Shown: positions 7,386 to 17,005, counted from the stretch's first letter. The stretch is DNA of 48,262 bases from an uncultured Acidimicrobiales bacterium (GCA_938015575.1 CALLPT010000100.1:1-48262); one strand, 5' to 3'. The notes: a model not told the origin generated them from the sequence alone. Made by a program: numbers and translations.

Positions 7386-10300
7386 ATGACCATTGAACGC
7401 TTGCTCGTCGCGAACCGCGGCGAGATTGCGATCCGCATCTGTCGTACCGCCACGGATCGGGGCATCGCCACCGTCGCGATCCACACGCCCGACGATGCCG
7501 CTTCGCTCCACGTGCGCATGGCCGATGAAGCCGTCGAACTGGCCGGTCAGGGTGCGGCCGGCTACCTCGATATCGCCGCGGTCGTCGCCGCTGCCGTCGA
7601 CGCTGGCTGCGACGCGGTGCATCCCGGATACGGGTTCCTCGCGGAGAACGGTGACTTCGCCGAGGCCGTCGAAGCGGCGGGCTTGACGTTCGTCGGTCCG
7701 ACTCCCGACCAGCTTCGGCTGTTCGGCGACAAGGCTCGGGCTCGCGCCGTCGCCATTGCCGCCGGCGTGCCGGTGCTCAGAGGCACTGATGGTGGCATCA
7801 CGATCGACGAGGCCCGCGCATTCATCCAAGAACTTGCCGACGATGGAGCGTCGGCCATCATCAAGGCGGTCGCTGGCGGTGGTGGTCGCGGAAGCCGCAT
7901 GGTCGGCGATCTCGCCGAGCTGGATGACTTGTGGGCCGCCTGCGCACGCGAGGCCACGGCGTCCTTCGGAAGTGGTGAATTGTTCGTCGAGGAGTATCTG
8001 CCGAAGGCGCGTCACATCGAGGTGCAGATCCTGGGTGACGGTCGCGGCACGGTCGCACATCTGCAAGAGCGCGAGTGCACGGTTCAGCGACGACATCAGA
8101 AGATCATCGAGATGGCGCCGGCGCCGCGTCTCGCTCCCAAGGTCCGCAGCGAGATCCTGATGGCGGCGGGTGACCTCGCCCGCTCGGTCAGCTATCGCAA
8201 CGCCGGCACGGTCGAATTCCTGTTCGATCAAAGTGCCCAACGGTTCGTCTTCATCGAGACGAATGCTCGGCTCCAGGTCGAACACACCGTTTCCGAAGAG
8301 ATCACCGGCGTCGACATCGTTGCGGCCCAGTTGCACCTTGCGAGTGGGTGGGACCTCAACAGCATCGCCTCTCGAAGTTCGGGCGGATCCGGCGCTGCCA
8401 TCCAGCTCCGCGTGAACATGGAAACGATGCAAGCCGACGGTTCGGTCATGCCGGCGAGCGGCACGCTTGTCGCCTATGACCCGCCCTCGGGTCCGGGAGT
8501 TCGCGTCGACGACTTCGGCTACGTCGGCTATCAGACGAGCACCGCGTTCGATTCGCTCTTGGCCAAGGTCATCGTCAAGGCCCCCGACCACAACACGGCC
8601 GTCAACAAGGCCCGTCGGGTCCTGAGCGAGTTCCGGATCGAGGGCGTCGCGACCAACCTCGGGTTCCTGTGGGCGCTACTCATGCGGCGGGAGCTGCTCG
8701 AGTTTGCGATGCACACTCGCTTCGTCGACGAGCATGCGGCAGAGCTCGTGGCCGCAGCTGCCGATGCTCCGACGCGGTGGGCCGCCGCCGGTGACGTGGC
8801 CGGAGCCGCGGGTGCCGACGATGGGCTCGCCGGTGCCCAGGTCGACACCAGCGACCCGATGGCCTTGTTCAAGCACGCCGACGATGTGCGGGCAGCGTCG
8901 GCCGATGCAGTCGACGATGGCCCTGAGCTCACTGCCCCCGACGGGTCCGTCGGCCTGCCCGCCCCGATCCAAGGCACGATCGTCGCCGTCTCGGTCGAAG
9001 AAGGCCAGGCCGTGCGCGAGGGCACCCAGCTCGTCGTGCTCGAAGCGATGAAGATGGAACACGTCATCGCCGCCGACCGAACCGGGATCGTGACCAAGGT
9101 CGCGTGCGCCGAGGGCGATGTGATCCGCGAAGGTTTCCCACTCGTGTTCGTGCTCGACGCGGACGTCGAAGTCGCCGACGCGGGCGGCGACGAAGCGATC
9201 GACCTCGACCACATTCGCGGCGACCTGCTCGAGCTGTACGAGCGCAAGTCGTTCACGCTCGACGAGAACCGGCCCACGGCAGTCGAACGTCGACGCAAGA
9301 AGAACCAGTGGACCGCCCGCGAGAACATCGCGGCGCTGGTCGACAAGGACTCCTTCCGTGAATATGGGCCGCTGGTCGTGGCCGCGCAGCGCAAGCGTCG
9401 TACGTCGGAGTGGCTCCAAGAGCGCACGCCGGCCGACGGGCTCATCGGCGGTCTGGCGACCGTCAACGCCGACCTGTTCGGCCCCGAAGCCGCTCGCTGT
9501 ATGGCGATCGCCTATGACTACACGGTCCTCGCCGGCACGCAGGGCACGCACAACCACTACAAGAAGGATCGGCTGTTCGAGGTCGCTCGAACACACAAGC
9601 TTCCGCTGCTGATCTTCACCGAAGGCGGGGGAGGGCGCCCGGGCGATACCGAGTTCCACAATGTGATCGGGATGGACACCTACACGTTCACCCAGTTCTC
9701 CAAGCTCTCGGGGACGGTGCCGCTCGTCGGGCTGAACTCGGGCTATTGCTTCGCCGGCAACACCGCATTGCTCGCTTGTTGCGACGTGATCATCGCAACG
9801 AAGGGCTCGACCATTGCCATGGGCGGCCCCGCGATGATCGAGGGTGGCGGCCTGGGCGTCTATACGCCCGAAGAAGTCGGTCCCATGTCATTCCAAGTGC
9901 CGAACGGCGTCGTCGACATCTTGGTCGAAGACGACGCCGAGTTGGTCGAGGTCGGCAAGAAGTACATCTCGTACTTCCAAGGTGATCTTGACGAGTGGGA
10001 AGCCCACGATCAACGCAAGCTCCGTCATGTCGTGCCCGAGAATCGGGTCCGCATGTACGACGTGCGAGAAGTCATCGAGACCTTGTGCGACGTCGACTCG
10101 GTGCTCGAGATCCGCAAGGACTTCGGGATCGGGATCATCACCTGTCTCGCCCGGATCGAGGGCAAACCGGTCGGCGTGATCGCGAACAACCCGCACCATC
10201 TCGCCGGCGCGATCGACAGTGACGGCGCCGACAAGGGGGCGCGCTTCTTGCAACTCTGCGACGCATTCGGTCTGCCCGTCGTGTCCGTCATGGACTGTCC

Positions 10301-10769
10301 CGGGATCATGGTCGGCCCCGACGCCGAGCGAGAGGCGCTCGTGCGCCATGCCGCTCGTATGTTCGTCACGGGCGCGAACCTGAGCGTTCCGATGTTCGGC
10401 TTGGTCATCCGCAAGGCGTACGGCCTGGGTGTCCAGGCGATGTGTGGCGGCAGCTCGCAAGCACCGCTGTTCACCGTCGCGTGGCCGACCGCGGAGTTCG
10501 CGGGCATGAACATCGAAGGCGCCGTCAAGCTCGGCTACCGCAATGTCATCGCCGAACTCGAAACGCCCGAGGAACGCAAGGCACTGTTCGACGAGATGGT
10601 GGACAAGGCCTACGAGAACGCCCGGGCGGTCAACGGCGCCCAGTTCTTCGGCATCGACGACGTGATCGACCCGGCCGAGTCCCGCGACTGGATCGTGTCG
10701 GGCCTGCGCTCGCTTCCCCCCGAACCCATCGGCGGTCCACCCCGCCGCACCTACATCGACGCCTGGTAA
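7386..10769 (+). CDS. Single-chain multidomain acyl-CoA carboxylase (biotin carboxylase, BCCP and carboxyltransferase fused; LCC-like)
   Basis: 1127 aa. The N-terminus has the BC signature LLVANRGEIAIRI and an ATP-grasp region (...GGGGRG...HIEVQILGD...ERECTVQRRHQKIIE). The biotinyl motif VLEAMKMEH has its Lys codon at 9051-9053 (residue 556). The C-terminal about 520 aa are carboxyltransferase-like (ARENIAALVDKDSFREYG..., DYTVLAGTQG, two crotonase-fold halves). An SD-like gaggggga precedes the ATG. Confidence 0.85.
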   Translation: MTIERLLVANRGEIAIRICRTATDRGIATVAIHTPDDAASLHVRMADEAVELAGQGAAGYLDIAAVVAAAVDAGCDAVHPGYGFLAENGDFAEAVEAAGLTFVGPTPDQLRLFGDKARARAVAIAAGVPVLRGTDGGITIDEARAFIQELADDGASAIIKAVAGGGGRGSRMVGDLAELDDLWAACAREATASFGSGELFVEEYLPKARHIEVQILGDGRGTVAHLQERECTVQRRHQKIIEMAPAPRLAPKVRSEILMAAGDLARSVSYRNAGTVEFLFDQSAQRFVFIETNARLQVEHTVSEEITGVDIVAAQLHLASGWDLNSIASRSSGGSGAAIQLRVNMETMQADGSVMPASGTLVAYDPPSGPGVRVDDFGYVGYQTSTAFDSLLAKVIVKAPDHNTAVNKARRVLSEFRIEGVATNLGFLWALLMRRELLEFAMHTRFVDEHAAELVAAAADAPTRWAAAGDVAGAAGADDGLAGAQVDTSDPMALFKHADDVRAASADAVDDGPELTAPDGSVGLPAPIQGTIVAVSVEEGQAVREGTQLVVLEAMKMEHVIAADRTGIVTKVACAEGDVIREGFPLVFVLDADVEVADAGGDEAIDLDHIRGDLLELYERKSFTLDENRPTAVERRRKKNQWTARENIAALVDKDSFREYGPLVVAAQRKRRTSEWLQERTPADGLIGGLATVNADLFGPEAARCMAIAYDYTVLAGTQGTHNHYKKDRLFEVARTHKLPLLIFTEGGGGRPGDTEFHNVIGMDTYTFTQFSKLSGTVPLVGLNSGYCFAGNTALLACCDVIIATKGSTIAMGGPAMIEGGGLGVYTPEEVGPMSFQVPNGVVDILVEDDAELVEVGKKYISYFQGDLDEWEAHDQRKLRHVVPENRVRMYDVREVIETLCDVDSVLEIRKDFGIGIITCLARIEGKPVGVIANNPHHLAGAIDSDGADKGARFLQLCDAFGLPVVSVMDCPGIMVGPDAEREALVRHAARMFVTGANLSVPMFGLVIRKAYGLGVQAMCGGSSQAPLFTVAWPTAEFAGMNIEGAVKLGYRNVIAELETPEERKALFDEMVDKAYENARAVNGAQFFGIDDVIDPAESRDWIVSGLRSLPPEPIGGPPRRTYIDAW

Positions 10770-10871
10770 CCGCTTGCGGGTGTCAGAGAAGCGCAACAGG
10801 GCGCCGTCGTGGCCGGGGGAGAGAACACCCAGCACGAGGCCGGCAGACGGCGGGTCTGGCATGCTTGAGGG

Positions 10872-12062
10872 ATGACGAATCTCGCGAATGTCGGTGCTGA
10901 TCTGCTCGAAGAGGCCCGCGGCCTCCAGGATGCGACGATCGAGCTGCGTCGTTCCATCCACGCCGAACCCGAGCTCGGTCTCGATCTGCCGCTGACGCAG
11001 AAGAAGATCGTCGAGTCCCTTACCGGGCTCGGCCTCGATATCACCCTGGGCGAATCGACGACGTCGGTTGTCGCCGACCTCGACACCGGCAAGCCTGGCC
11101 CGACGGTGCTGCTACGCGGCGACATGGACGCCCTGCCACTCCAAGAAGACTTCGTGAGCGACTTCCAATCGAAGTACGAGGGCAAGATGCACGCCTGTGG
11201 CCACGACACGCACGTCGCGATGCTCGCCAGCGCCGCCCACCTGCTCAGCGCCAACAAGAGCGAGTTCACGGGCAAGGTCCGGTTCATGTTTCAACCGGGC
11301 GAAGAAGGCTTCCACGGCGCGAAGTACATGATCGAAGAGGGTGTGCTCGACGGCGTCGATCGGGCCTTTGCCATCCACGTCACCACCACAGCCCCGAATG
11401 GTTTCATCGCCACCCGCCGAGGCCCGGTGCTCGCCAGCGCCGATCGGTTCGAAATCACCGTCAACGGCCAAGGCGGCCACGCATCCGCGCCGCAGAATTG
11501 CATCGACCCGATCCCACCGGCCGCTGCGCTGGTCGGCAACCTCCAATCGATGATGACTCGCGAGGTCGCCGCGTCGGACTCCGCCGTCGTGACTGTCGCG
11601 CACATCGAAGCCGGAACGACGAACAACATCATCCCAGCCTCGGCCTTTCTCGAAGGCACCATCCGGACCTTTGACGAAGGTGTGCGAAGCCATCTGCACG
11701 AAGCGATCGGCCGGGTTGCGCACGGCACCGCGACCGCGCACCGATGCTCCTGCACGACCGAGATCATCCCTGGTTACCCGACCACCATCAACGACGCCGG
11801 CCAGGCCGAACTCGTCGGCGACGTCGCCAGCGCGCTCCTCGGCGCCGACGGCTTCCAATTCCTCGCCGACCCAGTGATGGCCGCCGAGGACTTCAGCTAC
11901 GTGCTGCAACAGGTGCCTGGCGCCATGGCGATGATGGGCGTGTGCCCCGATGACACGAACCCGTCCGAAGCCGAACCCAACCACTCCAACCTGATGCGCG
12001 TGAACGAGTCCGCGCTCTACAACGGCGTCGGCCTCTACGCCGCGATGGCGATGGTGGGCTGA
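10872..12062 (+). CDS. M20D family amidohydrolase (N-acyl-amino-acid / hippurate hydrolase-like)
   Basis: 396 aa. Motifs: LRRSIHAEPELG, LLRGDMDALP, HACGHDTH, FQPGEEG. These are the metal-ligand motifs of peptidase M20D. Confidence 0.85.
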   Translation: MTNLANVGADLLEEARGLQDATIELRRSIHAEPELGLDLPLTQKKIVESLTGLGLDITLGESTTSVVADLDTGKPGPTVLLRGDMDALPLQEDFVSDFQSKYEGKMHACGHDTHVAMLASAAHLLSANKSEFTGKVRFMFQPGEEGFHGAKYMIEEGVLDGVDRAFAIHVTTTAPNGFIATRRGPVLASADRFEITVNGQGGHASAPQNCIDPIPPAAALVGNLQSMMTREVAASDSAVVTVAHIEAGTTNNIIPASAFLEGTIRTFDEGVRSHLHEAIGRVAHGTATAHRCSCTTEIIPGYPTTINDAGQAELVGDVASALLGADGFQFLADPVMAAEDFSYVLQQVPGAMAMMGVCPDDTNPSEAEPNHSNLMRVNESALYNGVGLYAAMAMVG

Positions 12063-12168
12063 CCAAGGTCAATTGCCCACCGGAGCCACCTGGCCGGGCT
12101 CACCTGCTTCGGCTAGGTCGTCTGGCTCAGGGCCTCAAACTGACGGTCGACTCGCCGACCTTACTCAC

Positions 12169-12903
12169 ATGAGTAATCGTCGATCGATGCACGGCGTACG
12201 CGCCCAGCTGCGCTTCCTTACGCCCGTGATCGTTGCGTGGGATGTCGCGCTCGTGATCCTGGCGATCGCTGGCCTCCAGAACGCTGTTCCTGTCGACGAG
12301 ATCTTCTCGCCGCAGGCATCTGGCGACGAGTGGTATGCGCGTCTCGTGCCCGAACTGATCCTCATCCAGTGGGCGATCGCGACCGCGATGGGCTTCGTCG
12401 GCGGATGGGTCGCCCGAAAGGCCGGCCGTGCCGAGGCCGGTCGTTTCTTGCGCTCAGGCGGCTTCGTCTCACTGTTCTTCTTGCTCGATGAGCTCCTGCA
12501 CATCTCCGAAGACGCCCTCCCCGCCGTATTCGGTGGCAACTACACGATCTCGGGCCTGCTGATCATCTTGCCCATCGCCCTGTGGACAGTGCTGTTCATT
12601 CACGAGGTGCGCCGTACCCGCTGGCTCATGTTGGCCGTTGCGCTCGTTGCCTTTGAAGTCTCGGTCGTGGTCGAGGCCTACACCAATGGTGAACAGCCGC
12701 TCTTCTCCAGCGGCGCCATGCTGCTCGGCGCCCTCGCGTGGGTGCTGTGGTTCACCTTGACCGTTCGTGACGTCGCCGCATCGACGATTCGCACAGCCCG
12801 CGGCACACGAGCCGCCGACGACGACGGTGACGACGGCGACCCCGATGCTGACGCTGACGAAGACCATGGCAGCGAGCAAGAATCGGTGCCTCAACCGGCC
12901 TAA
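12169..12903 (+). CDS. Hypothetical integral membrane protein with an acidic C-terminal tail
   Basis: Start placed at ATG 12169 (MSNRRSMHG...). The TTG-12073 extension is Ser/Gly/Pro-rich. It has about 6 hydrophobic segments and the tail AADDDGDDGDPDADADEDHG. I recognised no family. Confidence 0.55.
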   Translation: MSNRRSMHGVRAQLRFLTPVIVAWDVALVILAIAGLQNAVPVDEIFSPQASGDEWYARLVPELILIQWAIATAMGFVGGWVARKAGRAEAGRFLRSGGFVSLFFLLDELLHISEDALPAVFGGNYTISGLLIILPIALWTVLFIHEVRRTRWLMLAVALVAFEVSVVVEAYTNGEQPLFSSGAMLLGALAWVLWFTLTVRDVAASTIRTARGTRAADDDGDDGDPDADADEDHGSEQESVPQPA

Positions 12904-12916
12904 GATCAGCGGCTTG

Positions 12917-15460
12917 ATGAACGAGCCTGCTTCTATCGATCCCGACGCTCTCGCCGACCTAACGCTCGAGGAAAAGGCGACGCTCACCGCCGGGCGCGAT
13001 GTCTGGACCGTCCCGGGCATCCCGCACCTGGGGCTGCCTCCGCTCAAGATGACCGATGGCCCAAACGGGGCACGAGGAGGCCAATTCGTCTCCGGTGTTC
13101 GGTCGATGGCTGTGCCCTGTGGCTCGGCGCTTGCCGCAACGTTCGACCCTGATCTCGTCCACCGCATCGGCAAGTTGCTCGGCCGCGAAGCGCGCCAGAA
13201 GCGATGTCGAGTACTACTCGCCCCGACCATCAATCTCGTCCGATCACCGCTGTACGGACGCAGCTTCGAGTGCTACGGCGAGGACCCCTGGCTGAGCGGT
13301 CGCCTCGCCGCCGCGTTCGTCAGCGGCGTGCAGTCCGAGGGGGTCGCGACGACGGCGAAGCACCTCGTCGGCAACGAGGCCGAATACCAGCGGTACACCA
13401 TCGACTCAGTGATCGATGAGCGCACGCTCCGCGAGGTTTACCTGACCCCGTTCGAATGGGCGATCCGCCATGGCGGATCGCTCGGCATCATGACCGCGTA
13501 CAACCGGCTCAATGGCACCTATTGCACCGAAGACGGCGAGCTGCTCAACGGCATCTTGCGCGACGAATGGGGCTTCGAGGGCTTCATCGTGAGCGACTGG
13601 TTCGGCGCCGGTGACACCGCCGGATCGCTCGAAGCGGGTCTCGACGTGCAGATGCCTGGGCCGGACCGGTTCTTCGGCGCTCCGGTCGCCAAGGCCGTCG
13701 CCAACGGCGAAGCATCCCAGATCCATCTCGACGCCATCGTCGAACGTCGGGTCCATCTACACACGACACTCGACGCGTGGGACGACGACACCGGCGAGCC
13801 CGAACTCGGCATTGAGCATGAAGACGACCGGGCCCTCGCGCACGAGGCCGCGGCCGCAGCAATGACCTTGCTCGAAAACAATGGGCTGCTTCCCCTGGAC
13901 CCCAACATCGGTTCGGTCGCCCTGATCGGGCCCAACGCCACCAAGGCGCACATCATGGGTGGCGGATCGGCACAGTTGGCCTCGCACCGCCGCCCCTCGC
14001 TGGCATCGGTGCTCCAAGGCCAGCTCGGCGACCGCCTTGTCGTCGAACGCGGATGCGTGATCGACAAAGACGCGCCGGTCGTTCGTCCGGCCGCTGGCTT
14101 CGACGTGGACTTCTTCGCCAGCCCCGACTGGTCGGGCGACGTCGTCGGCACCGAGACACGACGCGACGGGCGCGCCATCTGGTCAGGCGAACCGGTCGAA
14201 GCAATCGGCACCGCCGCTTTCAGCGCTCGTATGACCGGCACCCTGACGATCGCCGAGTCCGGCACTCACACCTTCACCCTCGTGCAGACCGATCCGAGCC
14301 GGGTGTTGATCGACGGCCAGGTCGTGCTCGACGGCGTCACCGCTCCGCTGGAACGCGGCAGCGCCTTGTTCGGGATGGGCTCGGTCGAAGTCGCGGTCGA
14401 GCTCGAACTCGAAGCCGGCCAGACGGTCGAGATCGTCGTGGAGCTATCCGGGGGCGAAGGCACCGGCATCCGAGGTGCGCTCATCGGCCACCGTGAGCCG
14501 GTGCCGACCGATCTCATTGACCGCGCCGCGGCAGCGGCCGCAAGCGCCGAGGTCGCCATTGTCGTCGTGGGCACGAGCAGCGAGTGGGAAACCGAAGGCG
14601 TTGACCGGGACTCGATCGAGCTGCCTGGCGACCAAAACGCACTCGTCGAAGCCGTGTGTGCCGCGAACGATCGCACGGTCGTCGTCGTCAACACCGGCGC
14701 CCCAGTCACGATGCCGTGGGCCGACAAGCCGGCAGCGGTGTTGTGTGCGTGGCTCGGCGGCCAAGAGATGAGTCCGGCGCTCGCCGACGTCCTGTTCGGG
14801 ATCCTCGAACCAGGGGGACGCCTAGCGGTGTCGTTCCCCGCGTGCATCGAGCACACGCCGTCGTATGGCAACTTCCCCGGCGAGTCGAACCGCACGCCCT
14901 ATGCCGAGGGCCTACTCGTGGGCTATCGCTGGTACGAGACCCGCAAACTCGCGGCCCGGTACCCGTTCGGTCATGGGGGTTCCTATACGACGTTCGAGTG
15001 GAGCGAACCACGGCTCGCCGTAGGCGATGGCGCATCAGCAAACATCGAGGTCGATGTCACCAACACCGGCGGCCGGGCGGGAAGCGACGTTGTCCAGCTG
15101 TACCTGCGGGCCCCTGACGACGCCCCACTCTTTCGTCCCGCCGTGGTGCTGGTCGGGTCGGCCAAGGTTCATCTGGCGCCAGGGGAGCACACGACGGCTC
15201 GCTTGGAGCTGCGGCCGCGCTCCTTTGCGTACTGGAACCCCGCCAACACCGAGCACCTGCGGCTCGAGGAAACCAAGGACGGCGCCGCGGCGATGCCACG
15301 AGGCGGAGGCGAGCCGACCGTGACAATGCCCGGCTGGTATATCGACGCGGGCAGTTACCGGCTTGCGATTGCGCGCTCAAGCGCCGACATCGTGGCCGAG
15401 GTTGCGATGGAAATCACGTCGCCGCTCGGTCCGCTGACCGGCGACGACACGCTTCCGTAG
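12917..15460 (+). CDS. Glycoside hydrolase family 3 beta-glucosidase with an inserted PA14 domain
   Basis: Start at ATG 12917 (MNEPASIDPDALADLTLEEKATLTAGRD...). GH3 motifs: MTDGPNGARG, KHLVGNEAEYQR, GFIVSDWF (nucleophile Asp). A PA14-like insert is present (DVDFFASPDWSG...GTHTFTLVQTDPSRVLIDGQVVLD), with a C-terminal Fn3-like domain. Confidence 0.85.
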   Translation: MNEPASIDPDALADLTLEEKATLTAGRDVWTVPGIPHLGLPPLKMTDGPNGARGGQFVSGVRSMAVPCGSALAATFDPDLVHRIGKLLGREARQKRCRVLLAPTINLVRSPLYGRSFECYGEDPWLSGRLAAAFVSGVQSEGVATTAKHLVGNEAEYQRYTIDSVIDERTLREVYLTPFEWAIRHGGSLGIMTAYNRLNGTYCTEDGELLNGILRDEWGFEGFIVSDWFGAGDTAGSLEAGLDVQMPGPDRFFGAPVAKAVANGEASQIHLDAIVERRVHLHTTLDAWDDDTGEPELGIEHEDDRALAHEAAAAAMTLLENNGLLPLDPNIGSVALIGPNATKAHIMGGGSAQLASHRRPSLASVLQGQLGDRLVVERGCVIDKDAPVVRPAAGFDVDFFASPDWSGDVVGTETRRDGRAIWSGEPVEAIGTAAFSARMTGTLTIAESGTHTFTLVQTDPSRVLIDGQVVLDGVTAPLERGSALFGMGSVEVAVELELEAGQTVEIVVELSGGEGTGIRGALIGHREPVPTDLIDRAAAAAASAEVAIVVVGTSSEWETEGVDRDSIELPGDQNALVEAVCAANDRTVVVVNTGAPVTMPWADKPAAVLCAWLGGQEMSPALADVLFGILEPGGRLAVSFPACIEHTPSYGNFPGESNRTPYAEGLLVGYRWYETRKLAARYPFGHGGSYTTFEWSEPRLAVGDGASANIEVDVTNTGGRAGSDVVQLYLRAPDDAPLFRPAVVLVGSAKVHLAPGEHTTARLELRPRSFAYWNPANTEHLRLEETKDGAAAMPRGGGEPTVTMPGWYIDAGSYRLAIARSSADIVAEVAMEITSPLGPLTGDDTLP

Positions 15461-15481
15461 CGAGACGCGACGCCTGCGTGG

Positions 15482-16270
15482 CTAGTCGAGGAACTCGGGC
15501 TCGCGAGCGACGAGCTCATCCCAGAACGGTTGGAACTGGAACCAGCCGGCGAGCTCATGGCCCTGGACTTCCCAGCCCTGCTGGGCGATCTCGTGGGAAA
15601 CCTCGATCGGGTCCCCGGCCGCTTCGGCGACCAGCTGAGACTGCATGCAACGTTCGAGTGATACGAACCACCAGACTGCGGCGTCGACCGATTGTCCGGT
15701 CGTGATGTGGCCGTGATTCTGGTGAATCATCACCTTCTTGTCTCCGAGCGAGGCGGCCATCTGGGCCGAAATCTCGGTATCGACGACCGGCGTGCCGCTG
15801 CCGACGTTGCAATAGGCCACGTCGTTGTAGAACATCGTGTGGTCCTGGGTGATCATCTTGAGCGGCGTACCGAGTGACGAAAAGGTGCGTCCGTACATCG
15901 AGTGGCTGTGCGCCGCGGCGATCACATCGGGGCGCGCCTTGTGAAGCTCGCTGTGAATGGCGAAGGCGGCGGTGTTGACGGGACGGTCGCCGATGACGAC
16001 CTCGCCGTGATGGTCGACACAGATCAGATCACTGACCTTCATGAGCTTGAAGTTGTGCCCGAACGGGTTCACCCAGAAACGGTCCGGGAACTCGGGATCG
16101 CGCACGGTGACGTGGCCAGCCACACCCTCGGCGAGGTTCAGGCGTCCCATCGTGCGTAGACCCGCCGCGAGCCGTTGCTTGCGATGCAGGCGCTCGGCCT
16201 CGAAATCGCCAGCCTCGATCGTCGACGATTCGACGATGAGCCGGGTCGCTTCGTCAAGAGACTTGACCAT
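15482..16270 (-). CDS. Class II aldolase / adducin-domain protein
   Basis: Start taken at Met30 of the track ORF (MVKSLDEATR...). Zinc-ligand motifs AAHSHSMYG and HQNHGHITTG, plus GHVTVRDP, are typical of class II aldolase/adducin N-terminal domain proteins. Confidence 0.8.
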   Translation of the reverse strand: MVKSLDEATRLIVESSTIEAGDFEAERLHRKQRLAAGLRTMGRLNLAEGVAGHVTVRDPEFPDRFWVNPFGHNFKLMKVSDLICVDHHGEVVIGDRPVNTAAFAIHSELHKARPDVIAAAHSHSMYGRTFSSLGTPLKMITQDHTMFYNDVAYCNVGSGTPVVDTEISAQMAASLGDKKVMIHQNHGHITTGQSVDAAVWWFVSLERCMQSQLVAEAAGDPIEVSHEIAQQGWEVQGHELAGWFQFQPFWDELVAREPEFLD

Positions 16271-16414
16271 GTCACACACTCCCAGAGTTCTGCGTGCGTC
16301 CAGCGTACTGCGCCATCCGCTGTCGACCAGAACCGGATTGAGCCGTCGTTGCCCCAAAGGCTCACGATCGAAGGGTGCCTCAGGTGCCAGCGTCCGACGG
16401 CCTACGCTCGTCTC

Positions 16415-16747
16415 GTGAGTCGCCAGGTAGACACCGTTGAGCTCGAACAGCTACCCGAGGAGTTGCGCGAGCGCTTCCCCGAGGTCGTCGAAGACCTTCG
16501 CAACGGTGTGATCGAAGAAGTCCCCGAAGCGGTACTGGACCAACTGCCGACCACGGTCGTCGACCGGATCCCCGAGGGGCTCCTGGCGAGCAACGTCAAC
16601 ATGACCTTCGTCATCGTGCTTGGCGCGATCGCCGCCCTTTGCCTGATGGGGTTCATGTACGGCGTGACCAAGGCCGCGGCCAAGGCGGCAGCGTTCTTCT
16701 TGGTGCTCGGAGCGATCGCAGCGATCGTGCTCTACACCCAGCTCTAG
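16415..16747 (+). CDS. Small membrane protein (acidic N-terminal half, two C-terminal TM helices)
   Basis: The 5' part of track ORF 16175-16747 overlaps the aldolase gene on the other strand. I start at the in-frame GTG at 16415 (VSRQVDTVELEQLPEELRERFPEVVEDL...). TM helices are FVIVLGAIAALCLMGFMYGV and AAFFLVLGAIAAIVLY. No family recognised. Confidence 0.5.
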   Translation: MSRQVDTVELEQLPEELRERFPEVVEDLRNGVIEEVPEAVLDQLPTTVVDRIPEGLLASNVNMTFVIVLGAIAALCLMGFMYGVTKAAAKAAAFFLVLGAIAAIVLYTQL

Positions 16748-16874
16748 ATTTCTTGTGCGTAGTTGTACACAGACCGGGAGCGCTCGTCGCGGCGCGGGCC
16801 CAAAAAGGTTGCAATCATGCGGGTCTCAGGCGTATTCCCATCGCGTGGGTAGAAACCTTGTGGCTGACGTCACG

Positions 16875-16903
16875 TAGACAACACTGGTGTAGTTCGTTAG
16901 CGT
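16875..16903 (+). promoter_or_regulatory. Candidate sigma-A-type promoter for the sRNA candidate (-35 TAGACA, 17-nt spacer, -10 TAGCGT)
   Basis: Direct reading: tagaca at 16875-16880 and tagcgt (TAnnnT) at 16898-16903. This would place a TSS near A16911, just upstream of the first hairpin. It is motif spotting only. Confidence 0.35.
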
Positions 16904-16910
16904 TTTCACC

Positions 16911-17005
16911 AAGTCCAGAGCGTCCAGATCCAATGTTCCCCCAAACGGATTTCGACGCTAGTAACGCCCCGCCCATTCCCCCTCGGCGGGGCGTTCGGAC
17001 GTTTT
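16911..17005 (+). ncRNA. 6C-like small RNA candidate (two stem-loops with C-rich loops; the second doubles as a terminator)
   Basis: The 360-bp intergenic region has locally lower GC. Hairpin 1 spans 16920-16958: gcgtc/gacgc plus agatcc/ggattt, with a 15-nt loop aauguuCCCCCaaac. Hairpin 2 spans 16963-16995: a perfect 11-bp stem aacgccccgcc/ggcggggcgtt with loop cauuCCCCCuc, followed by cggacgUUUU. Two consecutive hairpins with C-run loops are the defining feature of the actinobacterial 6C RNA family. Confidence 0.55.

Noticed and set aside
5550-8591. 1013-aa minus-strand ORF, the longest ORF in that region of the track
   Set aside because: It is entirely antisense to the BVMO and acyl-CoA carboxylase genes, both of which carry unmistakable family motifs on the plus strand. 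Its translation is Arg/Gly/Asp/Val-rich with no recognisable motif. Long stop-free antisense frames are expected in high-GC DNA.
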